Shown: positions 18,295 through 29,215, counted from the stretch's first letter. The stretch: 64,000 bases of DNA from Gammaproteobacteria bacterium (GCA_965243205.1 CBDEUK010000002.1:384001-448000), one strand, 5' to 3'. Notes: a model not told the origin generated them from the sequence alone. A program made the numbers and translations.

Positions 18295-19692
18295 TTAATC
18301 TCTTATTAATAATGCATTTAATAAGTTATCTTGAAAATTAATGTTCCCAGTTAAGCCGCCATGTTCTTCACATAATAAAATAGCGTGATCCAATGGAAAG
18401 AATGAATATTTATGTCTGGGCACACTCGGATCTAATACATTTCGTGCTAATAGAGAAGCTTTAGTTACTTGTCCATCGCCTGGTTCCATTAAAATAGCTT
18501 CGTAATCAATGCCATCTATAGGGTTTGTAATTTCTTCAGGATACATTCGTATTAATGATTTATCTTCAATATCCTCTACAACAATTCTCGAAGGTGTTAA
18601 ATGACAATCACCACCAAATACTACAAGTAAAGGATGTTCTTCAGGTAATGGAACTGTTAAAGACCAAACAAACCGTCTTGCGCGTTCAATTCTTTTTTCA
18701 AAAAATCTCTCTAATGTGTTTATGTATTTATCAGCTTCTTCTTCAACCTCAAACCGTTGTTTGATGCGTTGTCTTACTTCAGGATCAAATATTGACCATT
18801 TAAACGCGCGCCAAATTCTGACACTAAAAAGATCTCTGTCCAAAGGCTTGCCAGATGTAGTAACTATCCAATCATTTAGAGGGTGTGGAAGTAATTGATA
18901 CAGACTTGGCATCGTAGCCATAACTTCGGTTGGTATATCATTAACCCCCAATGTAATGCCATCGATTAAAGCATTCAGCATTCGAACAGAACCTAAGTTA
19001 GGTGTTCCTAATAAGATGACGCGGCGTACTCGCTCACCACCATACATATTTACCGGAAATTCATTGTCATCTAAAACATCGAGTTTGCCGTAACGCATAT
19101 AATAACGGGCAACCAGTCCTCCCATACTATGTGCCACGATATCAACTTTTAAATTAGGATCACCATAATCTAATTTTATTTGTTCTATAAAGTCAGCCAG
19201 TTTTTGAGCGGTTTTGACATTATCTTGTCGCCAGTCATATAAAAAAACGTAATAGTTTTTTCTTTTTGGATCTGCTTTATTGCCAATTGATGCCTCTTGA
19301 TAACCACCATAATCCTCTAAAGTTTTAATAATGTTGCCGTAAAAATCTTTACCAACTAACTCATCTGCCAATGCGTATTCTTCATAAGGGCTTTCTATGA
19401 CTTCTAAAGTCATTGGATCTATGTCCAGAGCCAATTGTTCATAATCCCCAAATAATAATTTACTAAGAGAACCGAACCACACTTCTTTTTTTGTTTCTTT
19501 ATCACGAAGACGACTACCTAGAACTCCATGTAAAAAAATAACTGGAGGTTGATCATCCACCATACTGCTTTGAGAAAATAATCGTTTTAGATCAGGTTTA
19601 GGTTCATTTGAGCATGAAATTAAAACGATACAAATGATGAAAAGGCTAACGATAGTAAAAAAAATATGTGAATTTTTGCGGTTTATAATCAT
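18295..19692 (-). CDS. Lipoprotein alpha/beta hydrolase (lipase/LCAT-phospholipase-like)
   Basis: Lipobox VLISC; PVIFLHGVLGS, YDWR, AHSMGG nucleophile elbow, LGTPNLGS, GDGQV, EEHGGL. Confidence 0.85.
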   Translation of the reverse strand: MIINRKNSHIFFTIVSLFIICIVLISCSNEPKPDLKRLFSQSSMVDDQPPVIFLHGVLGSRLRDKETKKEVWFGSLSKLLFGDYEQLALDIDPMTLEVIESPYEEYALADELVGKDFYGNIIKTLEDYGGYQEASIGNKADPKRKNYYVFLYDWRQDNVKTAQKLADFIEQIKLDYGDPNLKVDIVAHSMGGLVARYYMRYGKLDVLDDNEFPVNMYGGERVRRVILLGTPNLGSVRMLNALIDGITLGVNDIPTEVMATMPSLYQLLPHPLNDWIVTTSGKPLDRDLFSVRIWRAFKWSIFDPEVRQRIKQRFEVEEEADKYINTLERFFEKRIERARRFVWSLTVPLPEEHPLLVVFGGDCHLTPSRIVVEDIEDKSLIRMYPEEITNPIDGIDYEAILMEPGDGQVTKASLLARNVLDPSVPRHKYSFFPLDHAILLCEEHGGLTGNINFQDNLLNALLIRD

Positions 19693-19782
19693 TTTTAGTC
19701 CCAGATTACATCTACATTCTCTATATTGGACAAGATTAAGGAAAAAAAGCTATTCCGCTTTTATTTTGACTATAATCTTAAT

Positions 19783-20586
19783 GTGAACAAAAGAAAATTA
19801 CGATTTAGATATATTTTTAACATTGTAGGATTATTAATCATAATAATGCCTACTACGTTGTCTGCTACGCCTTATCGATATCATCATGATCGATATTATT
19901 ATGGTTATAACCATTGCTGTAGCTACCATGGTCATTATGGACCAAGGGTAAGTGTTGGAGCCGGTTATCGTTCTCGCAATAATACGCTAGGTTATATTTT
20001 TTTAGGTTTATTAGGGCTTTATGTGATACATGAAATATTTGATGATGATGGATATGAACGTCATTCCTATCCTGAACGTGTTAATAATACCCCATCTCAA
20101 CGCGTTATTATTCAGCCGAAACAAGTTAACTACTATGGATCAGCCGATATTAATCAATACTATTTTGGACAAAATGAAGGATGGGAGGCGCTGGATAATC
20201 AGAATTATTTAAAGGCCATGCGGATCTTTGCTATTCAATCACAACAAAATCTAAGTTCTGGGGTTCCGAAGATAGGATTCGCTCTAGCAACAGCGGCTAA
20301 TGGAGAATTAGAACGTGGTATTTGGTCTATGCAACGAGCCTTAAAACAAGATCCTAATGCTTTAGAAAAAATCAGAGCTCATAATCATTCTAAGCAATTA
20401 TTAAATCAAATCCATTTTAGTTATGAACAGAGTGCTCAATTAGATAATCAGCAATCTCATTTCATGATGGCAGCTATTTCTTATATGAATAACGAATTTA
20501 TGATGGCTGCAGAAGAAATTTCATTAGGCGGTAATGACCTTAGTACAAATAAATTAGCGACTATTATAGATTCTAAAATTAATTGA
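19783..20586 (+). CDS. Hypothetical exported/membrane protein with Tyr/His-rich N-region and TPR-like C-domain
   Basis: Track ORF 19726-20586; signal-like segment if started at GTG 19783; internal hydrophobic helix; helical repeat-like C-half. Confidence 0.6.
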   Translation: MNKRKLRFRYIFNIVGLLIIIMPTTLSATPYRYHHDRYYYGYNHCCSYHGHYGPRVSVGAGYRSRNNTLGYIFLGLLGLYVIHEIFDDDGYERHSYPERVNNTPSQRVIIQPKQVNYYGSADINQYYFGQNEGWEALDNQNYLKAMRIFAIQSQQNLSSGVPKIGFALATAANGELERGIWSMQRALKQDPNALEKIRAHNHSKQLLNQIHFSYEQSAQLDNQQSHFMMAAISYMNNEFMMAAEEISLGGNDLSTNKLATIIDSKIN

Positions 20587-20752
20587 TATAGCACGCCCAG
20601 TAAGATTATTTAGCATATCCTATAACATGCCTCTATGAGTTATTACTTATGGATAATGATTTTTCATATCTAATGAAATGTTCTACCAACTAGCTAATAT
20701 TGAGTTTTAGTGTTTTTTAATGGGACACTCACTTTTAATCTTTTAATAAAGA

Positions 20753-21166
20753 TTACTTTAACGAATATCTCATTATCTTTATCGATGCCATACCATAGCC
20801 AAATGTCGTGAGCGATATAGTTGTGAAAATAAACAAACCAATTAATGGTGATTGTGACTCTGGAAATATTGAACCTAATAAAAAAGCACTTGGATTACCA
20901 ATAGAGCCAAGTGCCATTGGCCAAATTACAATTTTTGGTAACGGTATTTTAGAGGCATAAATACCAAACAATAACATTGACATCATTAAAAAATCCAAAT
21001 GCGCAGAAAGAAGTTCGTCGGTATCTTTAAAAATATTAAGAAAAAATGGGATTTTGAAAGGGATTGTTGCCATAAGACACCAGGCTAGAATCAATCCTAT
21101 TATTAATGTAATACAGGCAACTCTTAATAAAATCACATTCCCTGCATGTTTTTCTTCTATATTCAT
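20753..21166 (-). CDS. Hypothetical four-TM membrane protein
   Basis: Four hydrophobic segments; SAHLD motif at start of helix 2. Confidence 0.7.
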   Translation of the reverse strand: MNIEEKHAGNVILLRVACITLIIGLILAWCLMATIPFKIPFFLNIFKDTDELLSAHLDFLMMSMLLFGIYASKIPLPKIVIWPMALGSIGNPSAFLLGSIFPESQSPLIGLFIFTTISLTTFGYGMASIKIMRYSLK

Positions 21167-21275
21167 CTTCTAACCTATTATAAAAAATTAGAAGACTATC
21201 GTATTGAGGATATTTAGATTTAGTACCAATTATTAAAAACTTATTGGTACCGTTTTGTAGTTAGACGAGAAAAAA

Positions 21276-21352
21276 TGGCGCGCCCGGCAGGACTCGAACC
21301 TGCAACCCTCGGGTTCGAAGCCCGATACTCTATCCAGTTGAGCTACAGGCGC
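21276..21352 (-). tRNA. tRNA-Arg(TCG)
   Basis: GCGCCTGTAGCTCAACTGGATAGAGTATCGGG-CTTCGAA-CCCGA...GTTCGAGTCC...GCGCCA; anticodon TCG; Arg-type D-loop with A20. Confidence 0.93.
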
Positions 21353-21484
21353 TCAGTAATTTTATTTGTTCAAGTCAGTCCCAATAATACCTCGATTTCT
21401 TAGTAATTCAAAAAATAACTTTGAAGCTCTAGATATAAATCATTGTATTTTTTATAAATTATTGGATATATAAGTCAATTTATC

Positions 21485-21512
21485 TAAAGAGATACAATCT
21501 AGATGCCGTTAA
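21485..21512 (+). promoter_or_regulatory. Sigma28-like promoter
   Basis: TAAA-N16-GCCGTTAA upstream of the PAS-GGDEF-EAL gene. Confidence 0.4.
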
Positions 21513-21613
21513 TCAGTAAAGTATTCTACAATAACCATAATCTATGGTTTGTAGATAAGATTATATGTACCCGATGTGTCATATTTTGAATAAATGGTTA
21601 TCAGCAGATCGCA

Positions 21614-24478
21614 ATGTTCAATTCAATTGATATAGAAATACAGGGTTTATTAAACACTCTTATTAAAGAAGCATCTTCTGCTATAGCGGTGCTTGATAAG
21701 AATATGTGTTATCTCGCATGTAGTGATCGTTGGATATCAGATTACAACATCGAAAAAGATTCCATCATTGGCCAATCTCATTACGATTTTTTCCCCGATA
21801 TAAAACCTGAATGGATTGAAGAGCATCAGTTAGCCATGCAAGGCCAGCGAATAGAAAAAGAAGAAGAACTTTTATTACGCGATGATGGCAGCAAAATATG
21901 GATGAAAAGAAAGTATATACCGTGGAGAGATAATGATGGTGAAGTTGCAGGAATTTTAATATGCAATGAGGTAACAACGGTACAAAACGAACTAATAAAT
22001 GCAACTCAAACATTAAAACAAACAAATAAAGAATTAGAAGATATAAAAAATTTACAAAATTTAATTCTAGAAAATTACCCGGATTATATTTTTGTAAAAG
22101 ATAAAGATTTTAAAATTATTATGGCTAATAGTAATTTTATTAGCTTATACCCACCTGATAAACAAGAAAAAATTATTGGATACACAACACTTGAGGAATA
22201 TCGTCCGGAAGAAGCTGAACTTTTTTTAGCAATGGATAAAAAAGCATTTGCTGAGGGTTATTCTGAAACACTTGAAACAGTAAATTTCCCAAACGGTGAT
22301 TTAAGAATTTTACATACAAAGAAAATTCTTTTTGAAGGTAATGAAGAGCAATATATTTTAGGGATTGCGAGAGATGTTACCGAACAAAAAAACTATGAAG
22401 ACAAACTTGAAAAAAGTGAAGAGCGCTTTCAATTATCAGTTGCTGGTTCAACAGATGGTCTGTGGGATTGGGATATTAAATCTAATAACTGTTGGTTTTC
22501 ACCTCGTTTCAAAGAAATGCTTGGATATTCTGATTCTGGCAATATTCAAAATGATGGAACGTTTAATTTTTTTCTAGATTTAGTACATTCTGATGATTTG
22601 CAAGATGTAAAAAACAGTATCGAAGATCATAAATTTAATGGTTCATCTTGTGTGGTTGAATGCCGACTTAAAAAAAATGATGGCCAATTTCATTGGTTTT
22701 TATTTCGTGGCCAAGCTTTATGGAATAAAGACAGTCAAGCAGTTCGCATGTCGGGATCTTTAAAAGACATCAATCAAAATAAACTGATTGAGAAAGCTTT
22801 ATATCTAGAAAAAGAGAAAGCAATAGTCACATTAACGTCTATTGGTGATGCAGTTATCACGACAGATATAAAAGGCATTGTAGAATTTATTAATCCTGTC
22901 GCTGAAAAACTGACAGGCTATCGCTTAGAAGCTGCAAAAGGTAAACCGTTGGATGAAGTTTTTCATATCAAAGATGAAATAAATGGCGACTACATTCCAA
23001 ACCCTGTTCAACGCTGTATTGAACAAGGTCGCATTATTGGCTTAGCAAATCATACTATTTTAATTAATCGTGATGGCAGTGAATACGCAATAGAAGATTC
23101 GGCTGCTCCTATACGCAATCAAGGTGTCATATTAGGTGTTGTGCTTGTTTTTAAAGATGTTACAGAAACAAGGCGTATGGCCAGAGAAATGAGCTATCAA
23201 GCTTCGCATGATCATTTAACAGGTTTAGTGAATAGACGCGAATTTGAAAGACGATTGAAACGAATTATTAATACGGCTCACGAAGAAGGCTCTAAACATG
23301 CAACCTGTTATCTCGATTTAGATCAATTCAAAGTAGTTAATGACACATGCGGACATACTGCAGGTGATGAACTACTCAAACAACTAGCGAACGTTTTGAA
23401 AAATTCTGTAAGGAAACGAGATACTATCGGGCGCTTAGGTGGCGATGAGTTTGGAATTATTATGGAGCACTGCGATATTGATCAAGCTTACAAAGTTTGT
23501 GAAAAAGTTCTACAGAATTTTAGAGAATATAGCTTTGTTTGGGATAATAAAACATTTTCTGTCGGCGCAAGTTTAGGACTAGTTCCAATCACTCTTGGCA
23601 GTGAAAGCATTACGGGTGTTCTGAGATCAGCGGATGCTGCATGTTATACCGCCAAAGATGATGGAAGAAATCGCATTCATGTTTATAGAGAAGATGATGA
23701 GCAATTATCAAAACGCCATGGTGAAATGCAATGGGTATCTAAAATAAATAAAGCTTTAGAGCATGATCATTTCATACTTTATTCTCAGAAAATTAAACCA
23801 TGTAACAAAGATAATCCTCATAATCTCATCGAAATTCTTATAAGGATAAAAGATGAGAATGATAAAATAATCCCTCCAGCCTTATTTCTTCCAGCAGCTG
23901 AACGTTATGGTCTATCTCAAAAAATCGATCGTTGGGTCATACGTAACTTTTTTATGTGGTATCAAGCAAACCTTTCAAAAATAAACCCGCAAGATAAATG
24001 GTGTATTAATTTATCAGGCTTATCATTAAGTGAGGATGATTTTTTAACTTATGTTGAACAGTATATCGATAACCATAAAGTGCCGGCTGAATGTTTATGT
24101 TTTGAGATAACTGAAACAGCAGCTATTGCAAATCTTGCTAGTGCTAGCCTTTTTGTAAATACTTTACATAAAAAAGGCTGTTCATTTTCATTAGATGACT
24201 TTGGTAGCGGTCTTTCATCTTTCGCCTATTTAAAGAATTTATCAGTCGATTATTTAAAAATTGATGGTGTGTTTGTAAAAGATATTAATCACGACCCAAT
24301 TGATTACGCCATGGTTAAATCAATTAATGAAATTGGCCATGTTATGGGTATAAAAACTATTGCGGAATTTGTTGAAGACGATTCAATTATCAAAAAATTA
24401 GAAACGATTAGTACTGATTACATACAAGGCTATGGCGTTCATAAACCTTGTCATATAGATGAGATACTCACAATTTAA
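21614..24478 (+). CDS. Multi-PAS diguanylate cyclase/phosphodiesterase (4xPAS-GGDEF-EAL)
   Basis: PAS/PAC repeats (DGLWDW, IGDAVITTD), HDHLTGLVNRR, RLGGDEF, EILIR, EITET, LDDFGSG, KIDG, IAEFVE, IQGY. Confidence 0.93.
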   Translation: MFNSIDIEIQGLLNTLIKEASSAIAVLDKNMCYLACSDRWISDYNIEKDSIIGQSHYDFFPDIKPEWIEEHQLAMQGQRIEKEEELLLRDDGSKIWMKRKYIPWRDNDGEVAGILICNEVTTVQNELINATQTLKQTNKELEDIKNLQNLILENYPDYIFVKDKDFKIIMANSNFISLYPPDKQEKIIGYTTLEEYRPEEAELFLAMDKKAFAEGYSETLETVNFPNGDLRILHTKKILFEGNEEQYILGIARDVTEQKNYEDKLEKSEERFQLSVAGSTDGLWDWDIKSNNCWFSPRFKEMLGYSDSGNIQNDGTFNFFLDLVHSDDLQDVKNSIEDHKFNGSSCVVECRLKKNDGQFHWFLFRGQALWNKDSQAVRMSGSLKDINQNKLIEKALYLEKEKAIVTLTSIGDAVITTDIKGIVEFINPVAEKLTGYRLEAAKGKPLDEVFHIKDEINGDYIPNPVQRCIEQGRIIGLANHTILINRDGSEYAIEDSAAPIRNQGVILGVVLVFKDVTETRRMAREMSYQASHDHLTGLVNRREFERRLKRIINTAHEEGSKHATCYLDLDQFKVVNDTCGHTAGDELLKQLANVLKNSVRKRDTIGRLGGDEFGIIMEHCDIDQAYKVCEKVLQNFREYSFVWDNKTFSVGASLGLVPITLGSESITGVLRSADAACYTAKDDGRNRIHVYREDDEQLSKRHGEMQWVSKINKALEHDHFILYSQKIKPCNKDNPHNLIEILIRIKDENDKIIPPALFLPAAERYGLSQKIDRWVIRNFFMWYQANLSKINPQDKWCINLSGLSLSEDDFLTYVEQYIDNHKVPAECLCFEITETAAIANLASASLFVNTLHKKGCSFSLDDFGSGLSSFAYLKNLSVDYLKIDGVFVKDINHDPIDYAMVKSINEIGHVMGIKTIAEFVEDDSIIKKLETISTDYIQGYGVHKPCHIDEILTI

Positions 24479-24579
24479 TAATTAAATATAAAAATTGAAT
24501 TTCTCTAAATTTTTCAAACTCAAAGGCCTTGTAATCGCCAAACTCCCTCCTCCCTTTAGATAAATTAAAAAAAATTAAT

Positions 24580-24606
24580 TCAAAAAAAACTCTTTCCTGT
24601 CGATGT
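24580..24606 (+). promoter_or_regulatory. Sigma28-like promoter
   Basis: TCAA-N15-GTCGATGT upstream of the BLUF gene. Confidence 0.4.
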
Positions 24607-24641
24607 AGTTAGAGTACGAATTGCAATAAGGAAACAGAGCC

Positions 24642-25061
24642 ATGTATTTAGTACGATTACTCTATGCGAGTGAGAAATCCAAACACTTTCAAGAAGTTGA
24701 TTTAGAATTAATTTTAAAATCAGCAAGAAATCATAATAAAAAGAATAATGTGACAGGTTGTTTATGCTTTAATCGAAATTATTTTCTTCAATGCCTTGAA
24801 GGTTCCAGGACAAAAGTCAATGAAACCTATCACCGAATCCTAAATGATCATAGACACGACAAAATTGTCTTATTAGATTACAGAGAAATTCCCCAAAGAG
24901 AATTTGGAGAATGGTTTATGGGGTATTTACCAGAAACAAAAACTACCCGCCCCTTAAATTTAAAATATTCACCACATGAAAAATTCATTCCTCATGAAAT
25001 GTCAGGGGAAAGCTCACATCGCTATTTACTGGAAATGAGTGGTTTAGTAGATATTATTTAA
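24642..25061 (+). CDS. Stand-alone BLUF blue-light photoreceptor
   Basis: LLYAS (Tyr), ARNHN, VTGCL, FLQCLEG (Gln), D.RH, REFGEWFM (Trp/Met). Confidence 0.92.
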   Translation: MYLVRLLYASEKSKHFQEVDLELILKSARNHNKKNNVTGCLCFNRNYFLQCLEGSRTKVNETYHRILNDHRHDKIVLLDYREIPQREFGEWFMGYLPETKTTRPLNLKYSPHEKFIPHEMSGESSHRYLLEMSGLVDII

Positions 25062-25102
25062 AATAAAGCTAAGCTATTGAAATAATTAGAATAAAATATT
25101 AA

Positions 25103-25193
25103 TGGCGGAGAGGGTGGGATTCGAACCCACGATGGGCTATTAACCCATGCCGGTTTTCAAGACCGGTGCATTCAACCGCTCTGCCACCTCTCC
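25103..25193 (-). tRNA. serT: tRNA-Ser(TGA)
   Basis: GGAGAGGTGGCAGAGCGGTTGAATGCACCGGTCTTGAAAACCGG...long arm...CCGCCA; divergent from yccA as in other gammaproteobacteria. Confidence 0.97.
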
Positions 25194-25411
25194 TAAATCT
25201 TTAATATCTATCGCCTTTTTAGGCAAAGACCACAAATGGCTTGGTCGAAAAGAAGCGAGAGGATACATTATATACACGATTTGTAAAACCCTACTTAGAA
25301 ATATTCCTAAAATACGTTTTATTAATGAATATTTAATGCAATTTCACTTGAATTCTTTGGTCTGAGGACTTAAGTTTTAATAATCTATTAATGATTGGAG
25401 GTTGTACCCGA

Positions 25412-26077
25412 ATGAATCAGAATTATGCAGTAGCTCGCTCGGAAGAATCGATTCTAGCGACGAATAAACTTATCAAAAACACCTATATATTACTTTCAAT
25501 GACTTTGCTCTTTAGCGCGGCTATGGCTGTAGTGTCTTTATACTCAGGTGTATCTCACATGGTTGGTTTTATTTCTTCGATCTCTGGTTTTCTGTTGCTA
25601 TGGCTAGTTTTACCACGTTTTGCAAATTCATCTACAGGTGTAGGAATTGTATTTCTGGTTACTGGTTTACTGGGCTTTGGCTTGGGACCTATGCTCTCAT
25701 CTTATCTATCTTTGCCAAATGGCCCACAAACTGTTGTAACTGCAATGGGTGGTACTGGTGTTATTTTTCTTGGTCTTTCTGGATATGCTCTAACCACTCG
25801 AAAAGATTTTAGCTTTATGGCTGGTTACTTAGCGATTGGGTTTTTAGTAGCATTAATAGCTTTTATTGGGGCTTTTATCTTCAATGTCCCCGCTTTATCA
25901 CTGGCTGTCTCAGCAGTATTTATTCTGTTGATGTCAGGCTACATTTTATATGACACTAGCCAAATGATTCATAATCCAGGTCAAAATTATTTATATACTA
26001 CAATCCAGTTATATCTTGATATTGTTATCTTATTCCAACATTTATTACACCTTCTAGGTGCTTTAGGCGACGATTAA
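25412..26077 (+). CDS. yccA: Bax inhibitor-1/YccA family membrane protein
   Basis: NKLIKNTYILLSMTLLFSA, TTRKDFSFM, YILYDT, LYLD; GGAGG RBS before ATG 25412. Confidence 0.9.
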   Translation: MNQNYAVARSEESILATNKLIKNTYILLSMTLLFSAAMAVVSLYSGVSHMVGFISSISGFLLLWLVLPRFANSSTGVGIVFLVTGLLGFGLGPMLSSYLSLPNGPQTVVTAMGGTGVIFLGLSGYALTTRKDFSFMAGYLAIGFLVALIAFIGAFIFNVPALSLAVSAVFILLMSGYILYDTSQMIHNPGQNYLYTTIQLYLDIVILFQHLLHLLGALGDD

Positions 26078-26099
26078 GGATTAATCTTTCTCTACTAAC

Positions 26100-26125
26100 A
26101 AAACCCGCTTTATGCGGGTTTTTTT
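26100..26125 (+). terminator. Intrinsic terminator after yccA
   Basis: AAAACCCGC/GCGGGTTTT stem plus T-run. Confidence 0.85.
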
Positions 26126-26236
26126 GTGTCTATTTATAAAGTAATACTTACTATGACAGTTTTATTAATTCATGCTAGCATCGAAAATTAAACAAAAAAA
26201 CAGTATTCATAAATCATTATTATTGAGGGGGTATGG

Positions 26237-27778
26237 ATGAAGATCGGTGTACCTAAGGAGCTGTTTGCAGGTGAAAAGCGTGTTGCTTTAACGCCTGATA
26301 GCGCAAAACAATTACAAAAACTCGGATTTGACGTTCTCGTTGAATCAAATGCAGGCGAACTCGCAAATTTTTCAAATGCTGCTTATGAAGAAGCCAATGT
26401 GCGTGTAATAAGTGATGCACAAAGTCTTTGGTCAGAAGCTGATATCATTTTAAAAGTCCGTGCTCCTGAATCTTCTGAAATTTCATATCTTAATGACTCG
26501 AAAACGTTAATCAGTTTTATATGGCCGGCCCAGAGTGAGTCTTTGATGGAGTCATTAAGCCAAACGGGTGCCAATGTACTTGCGATGGATAGTGTTCCAC
26601 GTATTTCACGTGCACAAAAAGCTGATGCGTTAAGTTCTATGGCGAATATTGCGGGTTATCGTGCTGTGATTGAAGCATCACAACACTTTGGACGCTTTTT
26701 CACAGGACAAGTCACTGCAGCCGGTAAAGTACCACCAGCTAAAGTGATGGTTATCGGTGCTGGTGTCGCTGGTTTAGCGGCTATTGGTACAGCAAATAGT
26801 CTTGGTGCCATTGTTCGTTCATTTGATACTCGCCCAGAAGTTAAAGAACAAGTTGAAAGTATGGGCGCTGAATTCTTAGAACTTGATTTCGAAGAAGATG
26901 GTAGTGGCGAAGGTGGTTATGCCAAAACCATGAGTAAAGAATTCATTGAAGCTGAAATGGCTTTGTTTGCTGAGCAAGCTAAAGATGTTGATATCATTAT
27001 TACTACGGCTCTAATTCCTGGAAAACCAGCACCAGAGTTAATTACTGAAGACATGGTGAAATCCATGAAGCAAGGCAGTGTGATAGTCGATCTTGCTGCC
27101 GAACAAGGCGGTAACTGTAAATTAACGGAAGCTGGTAAAGTGGTTGAGAAACATGGTGTGACTTTAATTGGTTATACCGATTTACCAAGTCGTTTACCGA
27201 CGCAATCAAGCCAGTTATACGCAACGAATTTAAGACATCTGTTAACTGATCTAACACCAGAAAAAGATGGTGTGATTAATATCGATATGGATGATGAACT
27301 TATTCGTGGTGCTACTGTGATTAAATCTGGGGAAATTACTTGGCCACCACCTGCTCCGAAATTATCTGCTGCCCCTGCTAAACCCAAAGAACCTGCAGCG
27401 GCTCCTGTTGTTGAAGAAAAACAACCTTTCTTACCACCAGGTGTTACTTCAGCGCTTGTGATGTTACTTGGCGCGATTGTTTTTTATTGGATTGGTAACA
27501 ATGCTCCTCAATCATTTATTCAGCATTTCACAGTATTCGTACTGGCTTGTTTTGTTGGATACATGGTTATCTGGAATGTCACTGCTTCCTTGCATACACC
27601 ATTAATGAGTGTGACTAATGCTATTAGTAGCATCATTATTATTGGTGCATTAATTCAAGTGTCAGCGAGTGGCTGGTTATTAACTAGCTTAGCTGGACTC
27701 GCGATATTGATCACCAGTATTAATATCACGGGTGGTTTTGCAGTTACGCAACGCATGTTGCAAATGTTTCGTAAGTAA
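26237..27778 (+). CDS. pntA: NAD(P) transhydrogenase subunit alpha
   Basis: [47 protein letters not shown]. Confidence 0.97.
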   Translation: MKIGVPKELFAGEKRVALTPDSAKQLQKLGFDVLVESNAGELANFSNAAYEEANVRVISDAQSLWSEADIILKVRAPESSEISYLNDSKTLISFIWPAQSESLMESLSQTGANVLAMDSVPRISRAQKADALSSMANIAGYRAVIEASQHFGRFFTGQVTAAGKVPPAKVMVIGAGVAGLAAIGTANSLGAIVRSFDTRPEVKEQVESMGAEFLELDFEEDGSGEGGYAKTMSKEFIEAEMALFAEQAKDVDIIITTALIPGKPAPELITEDMVKSMKQGSVIVDLAAEQGGNCKLTEAGKVVEKHGVTLIGYTDLPSRLPTQSSQLYATNLRHLLTDLTPEKDGVINIDMDDELIRGATVIKSGEITWPPPAPKLSAAPAKPKEPAAAPVVEEKQPFLPPGVTSALVMLLGAIVFYWIGNNAPQSFIQHFTVFVLACFVGYMVIWNVTASLHTPLMSVTNAISSIIIIGALIQVSASGWLLTSLAGLAILITSINITGGFAVTQRMLQMFRK

Positions 27779-27789
27779 GGGGGCTTATT

Positions 27790-29190
27790 ATGTTATCAGA
27801 AGGTTTAGTGACCGTTGCTTACATTGGTGCAACTATTTTATTCATTCTTGCGTTAGGTGGTTTAAGTAATCAAGAAACTGCTCGTCGTGGAAACTACTAT
27901 GGAATGATTGGTATGGCTATCGCCATACTTGCTACTGTCTTTGGTCCAGAAGTGACTAATTATTCTGTATTAATCGTTGCAATGTTGATTGGTGGTGTGA
28001 TTGGTTTCATGCTGGCCAAGAAAGTTGAAATGACTCAGATGCCTGAACTTGTGGCAATACTGCATAGTTTAGTCGGTCTGGCTGCTGTATTAGTTGGTTA
28101 TGCCAACTTTATGGATCCAGATGCCTCTTCACATTTTGTTGGTGCTGAAAAAACCATTCACGAAGTAGAAATTTACATTGGTATATTAATTGGTGCAGTG
28201 ACTTTTTCAGGTTCTATTATCGCCTTTGGAAAGCTCAGCGGTAAAATTGGTGGCTCGCCTTTATTATTACCAGCACGTCATTGGTTAAATCTCGGTTTAT
28301 TGATCATTGTGATATATCTTGGCGGCCAATTTATAGAAGGTGCCGAACATGGTGGTGGGTATTGGCCATTAATTCTAATGACTATCATCGCCCTAGCCTT
28401 TGGTATTCATATGGTGATGGCCATTGGTGGCGCGGATATGCCAGTGGTTGTATCCATGTTAAATAGTTATTCAGGTTGGGCTGCTTCAGCCACTGGGTTT
28501 ATGTTATCAAACGACTTGTTAATCGTAACAGGTGCCTTAGTTGGTAGTAGTGGTGCAATTTTGAGTTACATCATGTGTAAAGCTATGAATCGAAACTTCA
28601 TCAGTGTGATTGCGGGTGGTTTTGGTACTGGTACAGGCACTGCAGCAGCGGCTGATGGAGAACAAGGCGAAGTCTTTCCTGTGGATGCTGAAGAAACAGC
28701 CAATTTATTATCTGATGCTAAAGAAGTCATGATTATTCCTGGTTATGGAATGGCTGTCGCTCAAGCTCAACATACTGTGAATGAAATTACTAAACGCTTA
28801 CGTGATAAAGGTGTGAATGTACGATTTGGTATTCACCCTGTCGCTGGTCGTATGCCAGGACATATGAATGTGTTATTAGCTGAAGCACACGTACCTTATG
28901 ACATTGTGTTTGAAATGGAAGAAATCAATGATGATTTTCCTGAAGTAGATGTTTCAGTCATTATTGGTGCCAATGATATTGTTAACCCTTCTGCGTTAGA
29001 AGATCCAAACAGTCCTATTGCTGGTATGCCAGTACTTGAATGTTGGAAAGGAAAAACTTCTATCGTACTTAAACGTGGGATGGCAACAGGTTATGCAGGC
29101 GTTGATAATCCTTTATTCTTTAAAGAGAACACACGCATGTTATTCGGAGATGCGAAGGATAGCTTGGAAGCAGTATTAAGTTCTTTGTAG
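27790..29190 (+). CDS. pntB: NAD(P) transhydrogenase subunit beta
   Basis: [54 protein letters not shown]. Confidence 0.97.
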   Translation: MLSEGLVTVAYIGATILFILALGGLSNQETARRGNYYGMIGMAIAILATVFGPEVTNYSVLIVAMLIGGVIGFMLAKKVEMTQMPELVAILHSLVGLAAVLVGYANFMDPDASSHFVGAEKTIHEVEIYIGILIGAVTFSGSIIAFGKLSGKIGGSPLLLPARHWLNLGLLIIVIYLGGQFIEGAEHGGGYWPLILMTIIALAFGIHMVMAIGGADMPVVVSMLNSYSGWAASATGFMLSNDLLIVTGALVGSSGAILSYIMCKAMNRNFISVIAGGFGTGTGTAAAADGEQGEVFPVDAEETANLLSDAKEVMIIPGYGMAVAQAQHTVNEITKRLRDKGVNVRFGIHPVAGRMPGHMNVLLAEAHVPYDIVFEMEEINDDFPEVDVSVIIGANDIVNPSALEDPNSPIAGMPVLECWKGKTSIVLKRGMATGYAGVDNPLFFKENTRMLFGDAKDSLEAVLSSL

Positions 29191-29215
29191 TATTTAAAAA
29201 TATTTATGAAGTATT

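Noticed and set aside
25147-25365. 72-aa plus-strand ORF
   Set aside because: It overlaps tRNA-Ser antisense and its promoter region.
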